The notes under the pieces were generated by a model. That model was given only the letters and a program-made list of their open reading frames with translations. It made no database searches and was not told the DNA's origin. Positions 1 through 8,209 of a stretch of 64,000 bases of DNA are shown here, in pieces (positions within the stretch are counted from its first letter, which is position 1; every line of letters starts with the position of its first letter). A program made the translations under genes and the position numbers. The DNA is taken from the NCBI GenBank assembly GCA_021815445.1, contig JAKAGM010000002.1, forward strand, positions 307,720-371,719, written 5' to 3'. This DNA is from a bacterium. Lineage in GTDB: Bacteria > Patescibacteriota > Patescibacteriia > UBA10025.

Positions 1-141
1 TCCTGCGACGCAACCCCAGCGGGTATGGCCGGTCACTGTCAGCAATGGTAGAATAATCTTGAAACAATAGTACTGGGTAGGCTCCAGTCGAGGGCTTACT
101 CGTGCAGGATCAAAAAAGCCTTTATTACTAACTTTACTCTT

Positions 142-516
142 ATGCGTATCCGACAAGTGGTTATACTCTCAGTAGTCGCCGTAGCACTTCTAGTGCTTTC
201 TGGGTGCACCCCTTCAAATATGACGAATACGCCGGCGACAAACACAACATCAAACACAACATCCGGGTCATCTGTCTCAATTCAGAATCATTCATTCAGC
301 CCGAGCTCACTCACTGTTGCGAAAGGGACTGCTGTTACTTGGACGAATAACGACTCGACCAGCCACACGGTCACGGGGGACACGAGCGGTACCCAAAACA
401 GTTCGACTCTCGCACCAGGCGGGACATACAACTACACATTCAGCGCCGCCGGCACATATTCCTACCACTGTTCGTTCCACCCAGACATGACAGGCACTAT
501 CACAGTCACGCCATAG
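142..516 (+). CDS. Type-1 (blue) copper protein / cupredoxin, lipoprotein
   Basis: Lipobox LVLSGC in the signal peptide. C-terminal copper-site spacing YHCSFHPDM (Cys-x2-His-x2-Asp-Met) plus an upstream His, as in plastocyanin/azurin/pseudoazurin. Confidence 0.8.
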   Translation: MRIRQVVILSVVAVALLVLSGCTPSNMTNTPATNTTSNTTSGSSVSIQNHSFSPSSLTVAKGTAVTWTNNDSTSHTVTGDTSGTQNSSTLAPGGTYNYTFSAAGTYSYHCSFHPDMTGTITVTP

Positions 517-534
517 TTCCACAGGTATCAATGA

Positions 535-560
535 AACGGCCGATCTCTTCGGCCGTTTTT
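535..560 (+). terminator. Rho-independent terminator after the cupredoxin gene
   Basis: GC hairpin ACGGCCGA-tctc-TTCGGCCGT followed by TTTTT, directly after the stop codon at 514-516. Confidence 0.7.
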
Positions 561-642
561 GAATTCAATTGGATTTGAAATAAGGAGATGAATGAACAAA
601 ACCATTTCAAAACGATCCGGGACTTCTGTGTACTTTTCTGAT

Positions 643-671
643 TTGACGTAACTGGGTATATCAGGATATAA
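643..671 (+). promoter_or_regulatory. Sigma70-like promoter for the primase-like gene
   Basis: TTGACG, a 17-nt spacer, then ATATAA. AGGAGGG sits before the ATG at 741. Confidence 0.35.
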
Positions 672-740
672 CAACGTAATCGTCCTTTTACAAATTTATC
701 GTCTTTCCACGAGTCAAAACCGAATGCAGGAGGGTCAGTC

Positions 741-3464
741 ATGAATGGGAACGCCGAATTTCCAGGGGTAACTCTGGACGATATCAGGCGCGTCCCCAAT
801 CCGACTCCTGCGTTTTGGAGTTGGATGTGGGATGCGTTCGCTAACGGCCGGCTTGATATTGCCGTGCAAGCGGCACTCAGCGCCGGACAGGCAACGGGTG
901 TCGAAAGCGCCCTATCGTTTTTGCAGGAATTGGGGAGCCGCTGTCAGGGCGAACCTTCAGCCGTGCACGTCGCGGACATTCAAAGGAAGCGACATTCCTC
1001 TCGGCATACCAGTACGCTACAGAAGATGTTAGGGGCGCCTACCTGGGCGAAGGATCCGCAGCTTATCTTAGGAGCACGCGGTCACGCCGTAGCCTCAGCA
1101 CTTTTGCGAGGAGCATACGATTCACATCGTAGTTCTTCCAAACATTACAAAGGTCCAGCCGGACAGCTTTCGTTATTTCCTCCCTTTGTTGATGTACCAC
1201 CCGGCGGGCAAACCAGACTTTTTTCTGGACCAGCCAGTTATAGTGAGCCACGGAATCCTCAAGGCGTCCGTCGGGCATCGTACCCAGTATTGATTCACCG
1301 CATCGAAAAGCACTGGGACGTCATTCGTAGGCTTATCGAGAATGGTGATCTCAACGCTTGGCGGACACGCAAAGGTGTAGTCCACAGGCTTGAACAAGCA
1401 ATCGAACAGATTGTCGGTGATCCGATCAACAAGCTCTGGCGAGAAGGGTGGGATCCCAGCGGCAACCTCGTTGTCCTCACCATCTTAAGCTGGGCGGCGA
1501 TGATTATCTCCCGCGGTCTGCAACGAATTCCCCACGCACTTTTTACTGAGATTGGAGTTCTCGGACAGCAGCATGGTTTGGGCGGCGGACGGATTGACGC
1601 AATTGAAGTGACTAGTATCAACGGTAAAAATCCGACTCCGTACCAGCAGAGGCTGCTTGGGATTCTCAGCAAAGGGCATTATCGATCCACAGGCCATTTG
1701 ATGAGAGTGCTCCTGGGGAATTTCCGCAACCCGGAGATCGTCGTTATCGACTGGAAATTTTTAGTCGGTGACATGATGAGTCGCGGATCCCAGCCTGATT
1801 TGCGCGCTCTTTGCGCCTCGCCCTTGTCTCACCACGAGGACCAGATGAGACGGTATTTAACGCTTATCCAGCTTGACTACCATCTCACTATTCGTCACCC
1901 CGAGCTCTGGCAGACAAATGAATTCTCGTTGCACGGGGAGCTTCATTACATCTTTCCGCACTGCAAACCTGTCGTTCACAACGTATCCATGACGCCCCAG
2001 GAGCTCGAGCAGTGGTTTGCGAATTCTGTGGCGCTTCGATGGTCGGCTGTCCAACGCCGAGCAATAGTACGCGTGGTAGACAACTTCATTATGGGAACGC
2101 TCGTCGGATTGCTCAACGGCCGTCCGCGGAAAAGAAACGGTACCCTGCACAACGGTGAAGCCGGTGAGCAGATTGAGCTCATACCAGCAGAGCCGCGAGT
2201 AACAGCTGCAACCATCGTTGAGCGAACTCAGGATTCCCACAGGAGGTTTGTTGATGAACATCAGATCATAGAGATTGTCGAGGAAAGACCATCGGGACAG
2301 GTCATCGAAATGCGACTGGATCGTCTTATGGAATGCGTCAGCCAGGGGTCTGTCTCAACGTTCGGGTTCTCCGCAGCACGTGGCGGAAAAATCCAATGTC
2401 TCATGCCTGGTCATCGGGACTCCACTTTCTCCCTGCAGGTGTATCTCGCTGATTTCCGTCCGCATTTTCACTGTTTCGGATGCGGGGCACACGGAAAAAT
2501 TGCGAGTGAATCAATTTCTCGCGAGTTTGCCCTTGCGTTCATTGCGAATCACCAAACTGACGCGCGTACAATTCAGCCGGTGACCAGCTCCCGACTGCCG
2601 GTCATTCCTGAAGAGCACCACCGTATCATGTCGTGCGCGCAAAAACTGCTTTCAGGAAATTTCTGGAACAGTGAGGGAGAGAGATACCTTGTGCAGACCC
2701 GCAAACTTGATGTTCAGCTCGCGTTTGAAAAGGGCGCGGGCTACGCCGATAGTCGGTTCATTTGCGCTCTCCTGGAGGAAGGGCTGACAGTTGATGAGCT
2801 GATCGTCTACGGATTCGTCGGTATTTCGCGCTCGGTATCCAGCCGACACGGACTAGCGCCGCTTCTGTTTGATCGCGGTTTCAAGCTTAACGAGATCAAG
2901 CGCCCGCTCCCCGGTTCAACTTCTGGGAAACCTATCTGGGGGATGCCGTATTCAACCCTTAACAACCGCGTCACCTTTCCGTTGACGCTTGAGGGGAGGG
3001 TTACCAATATCTATGGCCGGGCGGCGTACCGATGCGATAGAAGATTCTCGCATAGGAAGCTCTCGACCGAAAAGACAAAAGTTCCCCAAGGCGGATTCCA
3101 CATGGAAGCGCTCGAGGGAGAGGAAGGCGAGGTCGTAATCTCCGAAGGTGCGATTGATGCACTATCGCTCATCGAGCTCGGATGGCCCCGATCGCTGGCG
3201 ATGATAGGCGTCAGTAATACTGCCATCATCCGCGTCATGGCGCGGTCGCAGCGGAATTTCGCTATAGCGTTAGATAACGACGATACGGGAAGGAGGGAGA
3301 CAGCGAAGCTTGTAGAGCGACTCCGGGGCTTCGGATGGAAAGGCCAATCGCGCGACTTCACGGGCGAGTTTGTCCGACAACATCATGATCGCCAGTTCAA
3401 GGATTACAATGATTGGCTTATTGCTACCCGACTGCCGGCACCCGACGATGATCCGCCCTTTTAA
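741..3464 (+). CDS. DnaG-type primase (CHC2 zinc finger + TOPRIM) with a ~500-aa N-terminal extension of unknown function
   Basis: Primase zinc-binding motif CLMPGHRDSTFSLQV...HFHCFGCGAHGKI. A TOPRIM follows: VVISEGAIDALSL...FAIALDNDDTGRRE. The N-terminal half has no motif I recognise, apart from a possible PD-(D/E)xK-like pair (GRIDAIEV ... VVIDWKF). Confidence 0.6.
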   Translation: MNGNAEFPGVTLDDIRRVPNPTPAFWSWMWDAFANGRLDIAVQAALSAGQATGVESALSFLQELGSRCQGEPSAVHVADIQRKRHSSRHTSTLQKMLGAPTWAKDPQLILGARGHAVASALLRGAYDSHRSSSKHYKGPAGQLSLFPPFVDVPPGGQTRLFSGPASYSEPRNPQGVRRASYPVLIHRIEKHWDVIRRLIENGDLNAWRTRKGVVHRLEQAIEQIVGDPINKLWREGWDPSGNLVVLTILSWAAMIISRGLQRIPHALFTEIGVLGQQHGLGGGRIDAIEVTSINGKNPTPYQQRLLGILSKGHYRSTGHLMRVLLGNFRNPEIVVIDWKFLVGDMMSRGSQPDLRALCASPLSHHEDQMRRYLTLIQLDYHLTIRHPELWQTNEFSLHGELHYIFPHCKPVVHNVSMTPQELEQWFANSVALRWSAVQRRAIVRVVDNFIMGTLVGLLNGRPRKRNGTLHNGEAGEQIELIPAEPRVTAATIVERTQDSHRRFVDEHQIIEIVEERPSGQVIEMRLDRLMECVSQGSVSTFGFSAARGGKIQCLMPGHRDSTFSLQVYLADFRPHFHCFGCGAHGKIASESISREFALAFIANHQTDARTIQPVTSSRLPVIPEEHHRIMSCAQKLLSGNFWNSEGERYLVQTRKLDVQLAFEKGAGYADSRFICALLEEGLTVDELIVYGFVGISRSVSSRHGLAPLLFDRGFKLNEIKRPLPGSTSGKPIWGMPYSTLNNRVTFPLTLEGRVTNIYGRAAYRCDRRFSHRKLSTEKTKVPQGGFHMEALEGEEGEVVISEGAIDALSLIELGWPRSLAMIGVSNTAIIRVMARSQRNFAIALDNDDTGRRETAKLVERLRGFGWKGQSRDFTGEFVRQHHDRQFKDYNDWLIATRLPAPDDDPPF

Positions 3465-3581
3465 GTCTCTGTATGCAGGACACCTACATTTTGGTGACCT
3501 GCTTTTTTATTCCTATCTGATTTATTCGTTTCAAAAATATTTTTTCTTACGTCACTCCCCCCGATTTATCCACCTCATAAT

Positions 3582-3620
3582 TTGACGTTTATTCTTTTGT
3601 GTACTACCCTGTGTAGTAGG
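3582..3620 (+). promoter_or_regulatory. Promoter with BlaI/CopY-type operator dyad (copy 1 of 3)
   Basis: TTGACG, a 17-nt spacer, then TACCCT. The -10 region is overlapped by the inverted repeat TACTAC-cctgt-GTAGTA. A 23-nt core, TGTACTACCCTGTGTAGTAGGCA, is identical to the site at 7783. Confidence 0.65.
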
Positions 3621-3651
3621 CAGGCGTTTCTTGCTTAATAACTGCTAAGAT

Positions 3652-4038
3652 ATGGGCAAAAAGTCGTTATCCACAACCGTAATTGTCGCATTTGTTCTTG
3701 CGTCTCTTTTGAGCCCTATTTTTCTCGCCTCATGCTCACTGGGCGCGGGGCACGATATAGTCATGAGGACTATCGGAATGAGTTGTTCGACAGAACTGCT
3801 CCGTCACCTCACTAAATTACAGGGGATATTTCTTGCATTTGCCATAAGCTTGGTACTGGCTATTCTCGCACCATATTTCGTACGTTCCGTAGATGATGAG
3901 AGTGAACTGACGCGTACACGACAAATATTTTTTTCTTTTCGGGCTTTTTCACACAACATGAAATTTTTTGACGCTCTTCGCCTAGCTTTTGCAGAGGGGG
4001 TCATCGGCGCAAAACGCTTCGACACACTGGCGGTCTAG
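3652..4038 (+). CDS. Hypothetical small membrane protein, first gene after operator 1
   Basis: ORF with two predicted hydrophobic helices. No recognisable motif. Confidence 0.4.
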   Translation: MGKKSLSTTVIVAFVLASLLSPIFLASCSLGAGHDIVMRTIGMSCSTELLRHLTKLQGIFLAFAISLVLAILAPYFVRSVDDESELTRTRQIFFSFRAFSHNMKFFDALRLAFAEGVIGAKRFDTLAV

Positions 4039-4169
4039 AACGGGTCCAAACAACCTCAACGGAGTATCGTCGAGTCAGGATCCGTTTTTTGGCATTCGAA
4101 GCGCTTTTAATGTATTTAAAAACTATGTCCAGACATTCACGTCAAAACAACTCATCTCATGTCATCGTA

Positions 4170-4772
4170 ATGAAAAAGAAACACTTCTATCTTTCGCTTG
4201 TTATGGTTATCGTCGCTGTCGGGATTTTAACCGCTGTCATTTCTTCGGGCAAAGGAAAGATAGGAAGCGTGGAGAGCTCCTCAGAAGTGTCGGGCAATAT
4301 ACAGTTTGAGAATGCAATCGGTAAGCGGGCGCCGGATTTTGAGCTTGAAAATACCAACGGCGCCAAGGTCAGTCTCAAACAGCTTCGGGGAAAGGCCATC
4401 GTCCTCTTCTTTAACGAAGGAAGCATGTGCTATCCGGCGTGTTGGAATCAGGTTAAAGAGCTCGCCGCCGACCAACGACTGAACAATGATCAGATTCAGG
4501 CTTACTCCATTGTCGACGAGTCAAAAGGCGCGTGGCAAAGCATCATGAAGAAGCAGCCGGAATATTCGACTGATAAAATGTTGTTTGATACCTCGCGGAA
4601 AGTATCTCTGGCGTATGATGTTCTTTCGCTTCCTTCCTCGATGCATAAAGGAGCATTTCCGGGACACACCTACATTGTGATAGATAAAGAGGGGATAATC
4701 CGCTACGTGCTTGACGATCCGAGCATGGCAATCCGCAACGACCAGATTCTGGCCGAGGCACAAAAGATCTAA
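4170..4772 (+). CDS. Membrane-anchored thioredoxin-like thiol:disulfide oxidoreductase (TlpA/ResA/redoxin family)
   Basis: Start MKKKHFYL, then an N-terminal TM. The motif FELENTNGAKVSLKQLRGKAIVLFFNEGSMCYPAC carries a CxxC-type redox pair in a thioredoxin fold. Confidence 0.75.
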   Translation: MKKKHFYLSLVMVIVAVGILTAVISSGKGKIGSVESSSEVSGNIQFENAIGKRAPDFELENTNGAKVSLKQLRGKAIVLFFNEGSMCYPACWNQVKELAADQRLNNDQIQAYSIVDESKGAWQSIMKKQPEYSTDKMLFDTSRKVSLAYDVLSLPSSMHKGAFPGHTYIVIDKEGIIRYVLDDPSMAIRNDQILAEAQKI

Positions 4773-4786
4773 CCCGTACTTCCCCT

Positions 4787-5683
4787 ATGGATCTTCTTAT
4801 CTCATCATCACTGATTACCGCATTTCTTGCCGGTGTTGCCGCGCTCTTCGCCCCCTGTTGCATTACCGTGCTCTTGCCCGCGTACCTCGCCTCGATATTC
4901 AAAGAAAAGCGCACGGTCTTTCTGATGACGTTTGTGTTTTTTCTCGGGCTGTTGACCATCTTCTTGCCGCTCGGGCTCGGATTCGCGGGTCTCGGGAAAT
5001 TTCTGACGCGAAACCATACGTGGGTCTTTATCGGGGGAAGCATTATTATGTTCGCGCTCGGAACCATGATATTGCTGGGCAAGCATATTTCCCTTCCTGT
5101 CCACCTGCCATCGACGAAGATTACCAATACCGGATCGGTGTATCTGCTCGGTATCTTTTCTGGAATAGCCACAGTATGTTGCGCGCCGGTGCTGGCAGGA
5201 ACACTTACCTTGTCTGTCCTGCCCGGGTCGGTGCTATGGGGAGGCGTATATGCGGTCGTGTATGTACTGGGCATGGTGATCCCGCTCTTCGTCATCGCCT
5301 TCTTCCTTGATGAAACACATGCAATAAAGAAATTGAAGATTTTCCGGGCTACGATGTCGTATTCCATCGGTGCGCGACAGGTGCATTTACGCATCGCCGA
5401 TCTTATTTCAGGTTTTACCTTCCTTCTTATGGGTGTCGTCACGGTGATTGTCGCGATAAAGAATCCTTCCGGCGGAATGGTCTTTTCGGGATCTGCTCTG
5501 CAGACAGCAGTCAATATCACAGCCTCGCAGATTACCGACGCGCTTTCACGCACCTCAGGCTCGGTTCCCGCATTCGCCTGGCTGATCGCCGTAGGCCTCA
5601 TTATTCTCGGTATTGTCGTCTATGCATGGAAAAGGTCGCATGATCCGTTAGCTGACAGCACGAAAGGAGGTGAAGAATTATGA
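4787..5683 (+). CDS. DsbD/CcdA-superfamily polytopic membrane protein with vicinal Cys-Cys motifs; a possible metal or thiol transporter
   Basis: FAPCCITVLLPAYL and TVCCAPVLAG occupy the two positions where CcdA has single Cys residues. Multi-TM protein. The stop overlaps the next start. Confidence 0.6.
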   Translation: MDLLISSSLITAFLAGVAALFAPCCITVLLPAYLASIFKEKRTVFLMTFVFFLGLLTIFLPLGLGFAGLGKFLTRNHTWVFIGGSIIMFALGTMILLGKHISLPVHLPSTKITNTGSVYLLGIFSGIATVCCAPVLAGTLTLSVLPGSVLWGGVYAVVYVLGMVIPLFVIAFFLDETHAIKKLKIFRATMSYSIGARQVHLRIADLISGFTFLLMGVVTVIVAIKNPSGGMVFSGSALQTAVNITASQITDALSRTSGSVPAFAWLIAVGLIILGIVVYAWKRSHDPLADSTKGGEEL

Positions 5684-6300
5684 AAGTGAAATACATTTTG
5701 AATGGAATTATATTCATCTATGCGTTCTTTTTTGTCGTCTTGAACGGGTTTCTGCTTGCCAGCACAGCCGTCATGGCGACCACCGCGATGGTGTCGCCAT
5801 CCCCAACAACTACGCAAACACAGCAGTCGCAAGGTCCCACGAATGCGCAGGTAGCTTCTGTCGTTGCCCAAGTTATCCCTGCGGGCATCCCGCCGGTGTA
5901 CGGATCGGAGCTCAATGTGAATTTCTCGAATCCTGTTGCGAGTCTGACTATCCTTGACGGCTATGACCGAGGCGCAAATAAAATTGATCTTCAGGGCGAT
6001 GCGCTCGCGCGATACATCAAGATAGCAATGAAAACGGCCTGTGAATTCTGTTGCGGAGCAAAAACGCTCGTGTTCAAAGATGGCAGTCCGGCATGCGGAT
6101 GCGCCCATTCAGCGGCAATGCGCGGCGTTGCCAAGTACTTGATCCAAAAACACGGCACTGAATTCACCGATGAGCAAATTCTGACTGAAGTGAATAAGTG
6201 GAAAGCGATATCGTTCCCCAAGCAGACGGTGGAGCGGGCGCTCGCGAGTGCCGGAGGGAGCAGCTCCGTAAATCTTCCCTCGCAAGTGGGCGGATGTTAA
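5680..6300 (+). CDS. Secreted Cys-rich protein ending in LPSQVGGC
   Basis: Signal peptide, a Thr/Gln-rich linker, then the cysteine cluster CEFCCGA...SPACGCAHS. The C-terminus is NLPSQVGGC. Confidence 0.5.
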   Translation: MKVKYILNGIIFIYAFFFVVLNGFLLASTAVMATTAMVSPSPTTTQTQQSQGPTNAQVASVVAQVIPAGIPPVYGSELNVNFSNPVASLTILDGYDRGANKIDLQGDALARYIKIAMKTACEFCCGAKTLVFKDGSPACGCAHSAAMRGVAKYLIQKHGTEFTDEQILTEVNKWKAISFPKQTVERALASAGGSSSVNLPSQVGGC

Positions 6301-6341
6301 CCGCCTCCAATATTCTAATATCCATAATCAATGAATAGCAT

Positions 6342-6641
6342 ATGAGCCAGATTTCCTCCCCGCACGGAGACGTGCTTCACAGACATGAGGATGCCCCGAA
6401 GGACAAGGTTGTTCAAATCCGCCTGAACCGGAGCACATTCATGAGCGGCATTTTACTTCTCTTTGCCATCGTGGTGACGGTGCAGTTCTTCCAGATCAAG
6501 GGCCTCAGGGCTCAGGTGACTAATTCCGGATCCGCACAGCAGCCGTCGGTGTCCGCCCCCGCCTCACAACAACCGGCTGCGCAACCGGCGCAGTCCTCGG
6601 GAGCGTTGCAAAACCTGCCAAGCCAGGTTGGAGGCTGTTAG
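6342..6641 (+). CDS. Small membrane-anchored Gln/Pro/Ala-rich protein ending in LPSQVGGC (alternative start 6441)
   Basis: The C-terminus QNLPSQVGGC is identical to the preceding protein's, with different codons. One TM helix (ILLLFAIVVTVQFF). Confidence 0.45.
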   Translation: MSQISSPHGDVLHRHEDAPKDKVVQIRLNRSTFMSGILLLFAIVVTVQFFQIKGLRAQVTNSGSAQQPSVSAPASQQPAAQPAQSSGALQNLPSQVGGC

Positions 6642-6645
6642 CCAT

Positions 6646-6885
6646 ATGAAGAGAGCCGAGCTAATCTTTTTTTCGCTCGTCGGACTCGTACTCCTAGTAG
6701 TGCTTGCCGCATCATTTGCCCCGCAGGCGCAGAAGTCGTTCCGCAATACCCCGGAAAACTATGCTCGCGCAAAGGCAGCGGAGGTCGCCGGCAACCCTTG
6801 TGCAACCCCGCCGGGGTACACTGATGCCCAATGGCGCCAGCATATGAGCCACCATCCGGATCAATATCCCGGCTGTCTGAAATAA
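6646..6885 (+). CDS. Small membrane-anchored His/Cys-containing protein
   Basis: TM anchor, then NPCATPPGYTDAQWRQHMSHHPDQYPGC. The two Cys and the His cluster suggest metal binding; that reading is inference. Confidence 0.4.
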   Translation: MKRAELIFFSLVGLVLLVVLAASFAPQAQKSFRNTPENYARAKAAEVAGNPCATPPGYTDAQWRQHMSHHPDQYPGCLK

Positions 6886-6889
6886 AGGT

Positions 6890-7630
6890 ATGAATCTCGT
6901 AGCCTTCCCATTTCTCTTCGGCATCCTCGCGTTCTTGTCACCCTGCATTATGCCCATGCTGCAGGTATATTTGTCCTTAGTTACCGGAACAACGATTTCC
7001 GAGCTAACGACAAAAGATCCGGATGCAGAGGTCCGCCGTAGAGTTTTGGGAAGGACTGCGTGCTTCATCCTGGGATTCAGTGTTGTATTCGTACTGGCCG
7101 GTATGTTTGCTGGTTCAGTAGGATCGTTCCTGAAGGAGAGATCGGTCGTGCTCAATTATATCGGGGGGTTGATCATCGTTCTGCTGGGCCTCAAGATGCT
7201 CGGAGTGTTCCAGATGAAATTTCTCAGCAATCTGCATCTAGAGCCGGAGCGATTTCCCTTGCTCAAGAAGGATACCATGGCTGGAGCATTCTTGGTCGGC
7301 CTCTTTTTCGCGGTAGCCTGTTCGCACTGTTTCGGACCGCTGTTGTACTCCACGCTTATCGTTGCTGCCAATACCCAGTCCGCAACCAGCGGACTCGTAG
7401 TGCTCTTGAGCTTCTCTGCAGGCTTGGCTGTTCCGTATTTTATCACTGCCGCAGCGCTGCCGAGCGTTCTCGGGATGCTTCGACGGTTCAGCGCTGCAAT
7501 TACCGTGATCATAAAGGCGAGCGGGGCGTTCCTGGTCATTTTCGGCGTATTGGTGTTCTTCAACCAGTTTCAAATTCTCGCAACGCTTCTGGGCAAGATT
7601 GTTCCATGGGGAAATATCCTTTCCCTATAA
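6890..7630 (+). CDS. ccdA: Cytochrome c-type biogenesis / thiol-disulfide electron transporter CcdA
   Basis: LSPCIMPMLQVY in TM1, then a second conserved Cys motif, CSHCFGPLL. Roughly six TM helices. Confidence 0.8.
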   Translation: MNLVAFPFLFGILAFLSPCIMPMLQVYLSLVTGTTISELTTKDPDAEVRRRVLGRTACFILGFSVVFVLAGMFAGSVGSFLKERSVVLNYIGGLIIVLLGLKMLGVFQMKFLSNLHLEPERFPLLKKDTMAGAFLVGLFFAVACSHCFGPLLYSTLIVAANTQSATSGLVVLLSFSAGLAVPYFITAAALPSVLGMLRRFSAAITVIIKASGAFLVIFGVLVFFNQFQILATLLGKIVPWGNILSL

Positions 7631-7762
7631 AGGTCGGTATGTCGCTACATATTAATCATTTACAATGACACCTATGAAAAAAATACCAGGCGGCGGAGGA
7701 TGCTGTTAGTTCTATTTGCAAAATAAATTCACAAGAGTAACTCTTAAAAAGCCAAGCATTAT

Positions 7763-7800
7763 TTGACGGCCGTTTTATTTTGTACTACCCTGTGTAGTAG
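7763..7800 (+). promoter_or_regulatory. Promoter with BlaI/CopY-type operator dyad (copy 2 of 3); autoregulatory site of the repressor operon
   Basis: TTGACG, a 17-nt spacer, TACCCT, and the dyad TACTAC-cctgt-GTAGTA. The 23-nt core TGTACTACCCTGTGTAGTAGGCA is identical to site 1. Confidence 0.7.
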
Positions 7801-7825
7801 GCACTTATCCACACACCAAAATCAT

Positions 7826-8209
7826 ATGGCCAAACCTTCATTTCACCTCCTTGGAGACCTTGAGAAGCAGATCATGGAAATTGTTTGGAAACAGGAGCAG
7901 GTTACCGTCAGAGGCGTTGTAGAAATACTCCATAAAAAGCGTGAGATTGCTTATACGACAGTCATGACAGTTATGAACCGGCTTTCCGAGAAAAAGCTGC
8001 TCACCCGAAAGGAAGACGGCGGCGCTTTTGCATATGTAGCCACCCAGAAACGGGAATTATTCATGAGTAGGGCATCCGAAAATGTTATTCGTGGGCTGTT
8101 ATCCGAGTGCGGAGAGGTGGCCATAGCCCAATTTGTTGAAGCACTCGAGGATGTTGATCCGGCGAAGTTAGCACTGCTTGAAAAAAAGATTAGGGAAAAA
8201 CGGTCATGA
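7826..8209 (+). CDS. BlaI/MecI/CopY-family winged-helix transcriptional repressor (no C-terminal Cys-rich metal-binding tail)
   Basis: N-terminal penicillinase-repressor fold (IMEIVWKQEQVTVRGVVEILHKKREIAYTTVMTVMNRLSEKKLLTRK). No CxCx4CxC tail. Confidence 0.8.
   Translation: MAKPSFHLLGDLEKQIMEIVWKQEQVTVRGVVEILHKKREIAYTTVMTVMNRLSEKKLLTRKEDGGAFAYVATQKRELFMSRASENVIRGLLSECGEVAIAQFVEALEDVDPAKLALLEKKIREKRS

Noticed and set aside
1-141. TAGTAC-tgg-GTAGG near position 75 as a fourth operator copy
   Set aside because: The half-sites and the spacing differ from the TACTAC-N5-GTAGTA dyad. No TTGAC box lies at the right distance.
4543-5601. 352-aa minus-strand ORF overlapping the thioredoxin-like and CC-motif transporter genes
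   Set aside because: It lies entirely antisense to two + strand genes with strong family motifs. Its composition is Arg/Ser/Pro-rich, typical of an antisense frame in GC-rich coding DNA. It has no motif and no upstream signals.
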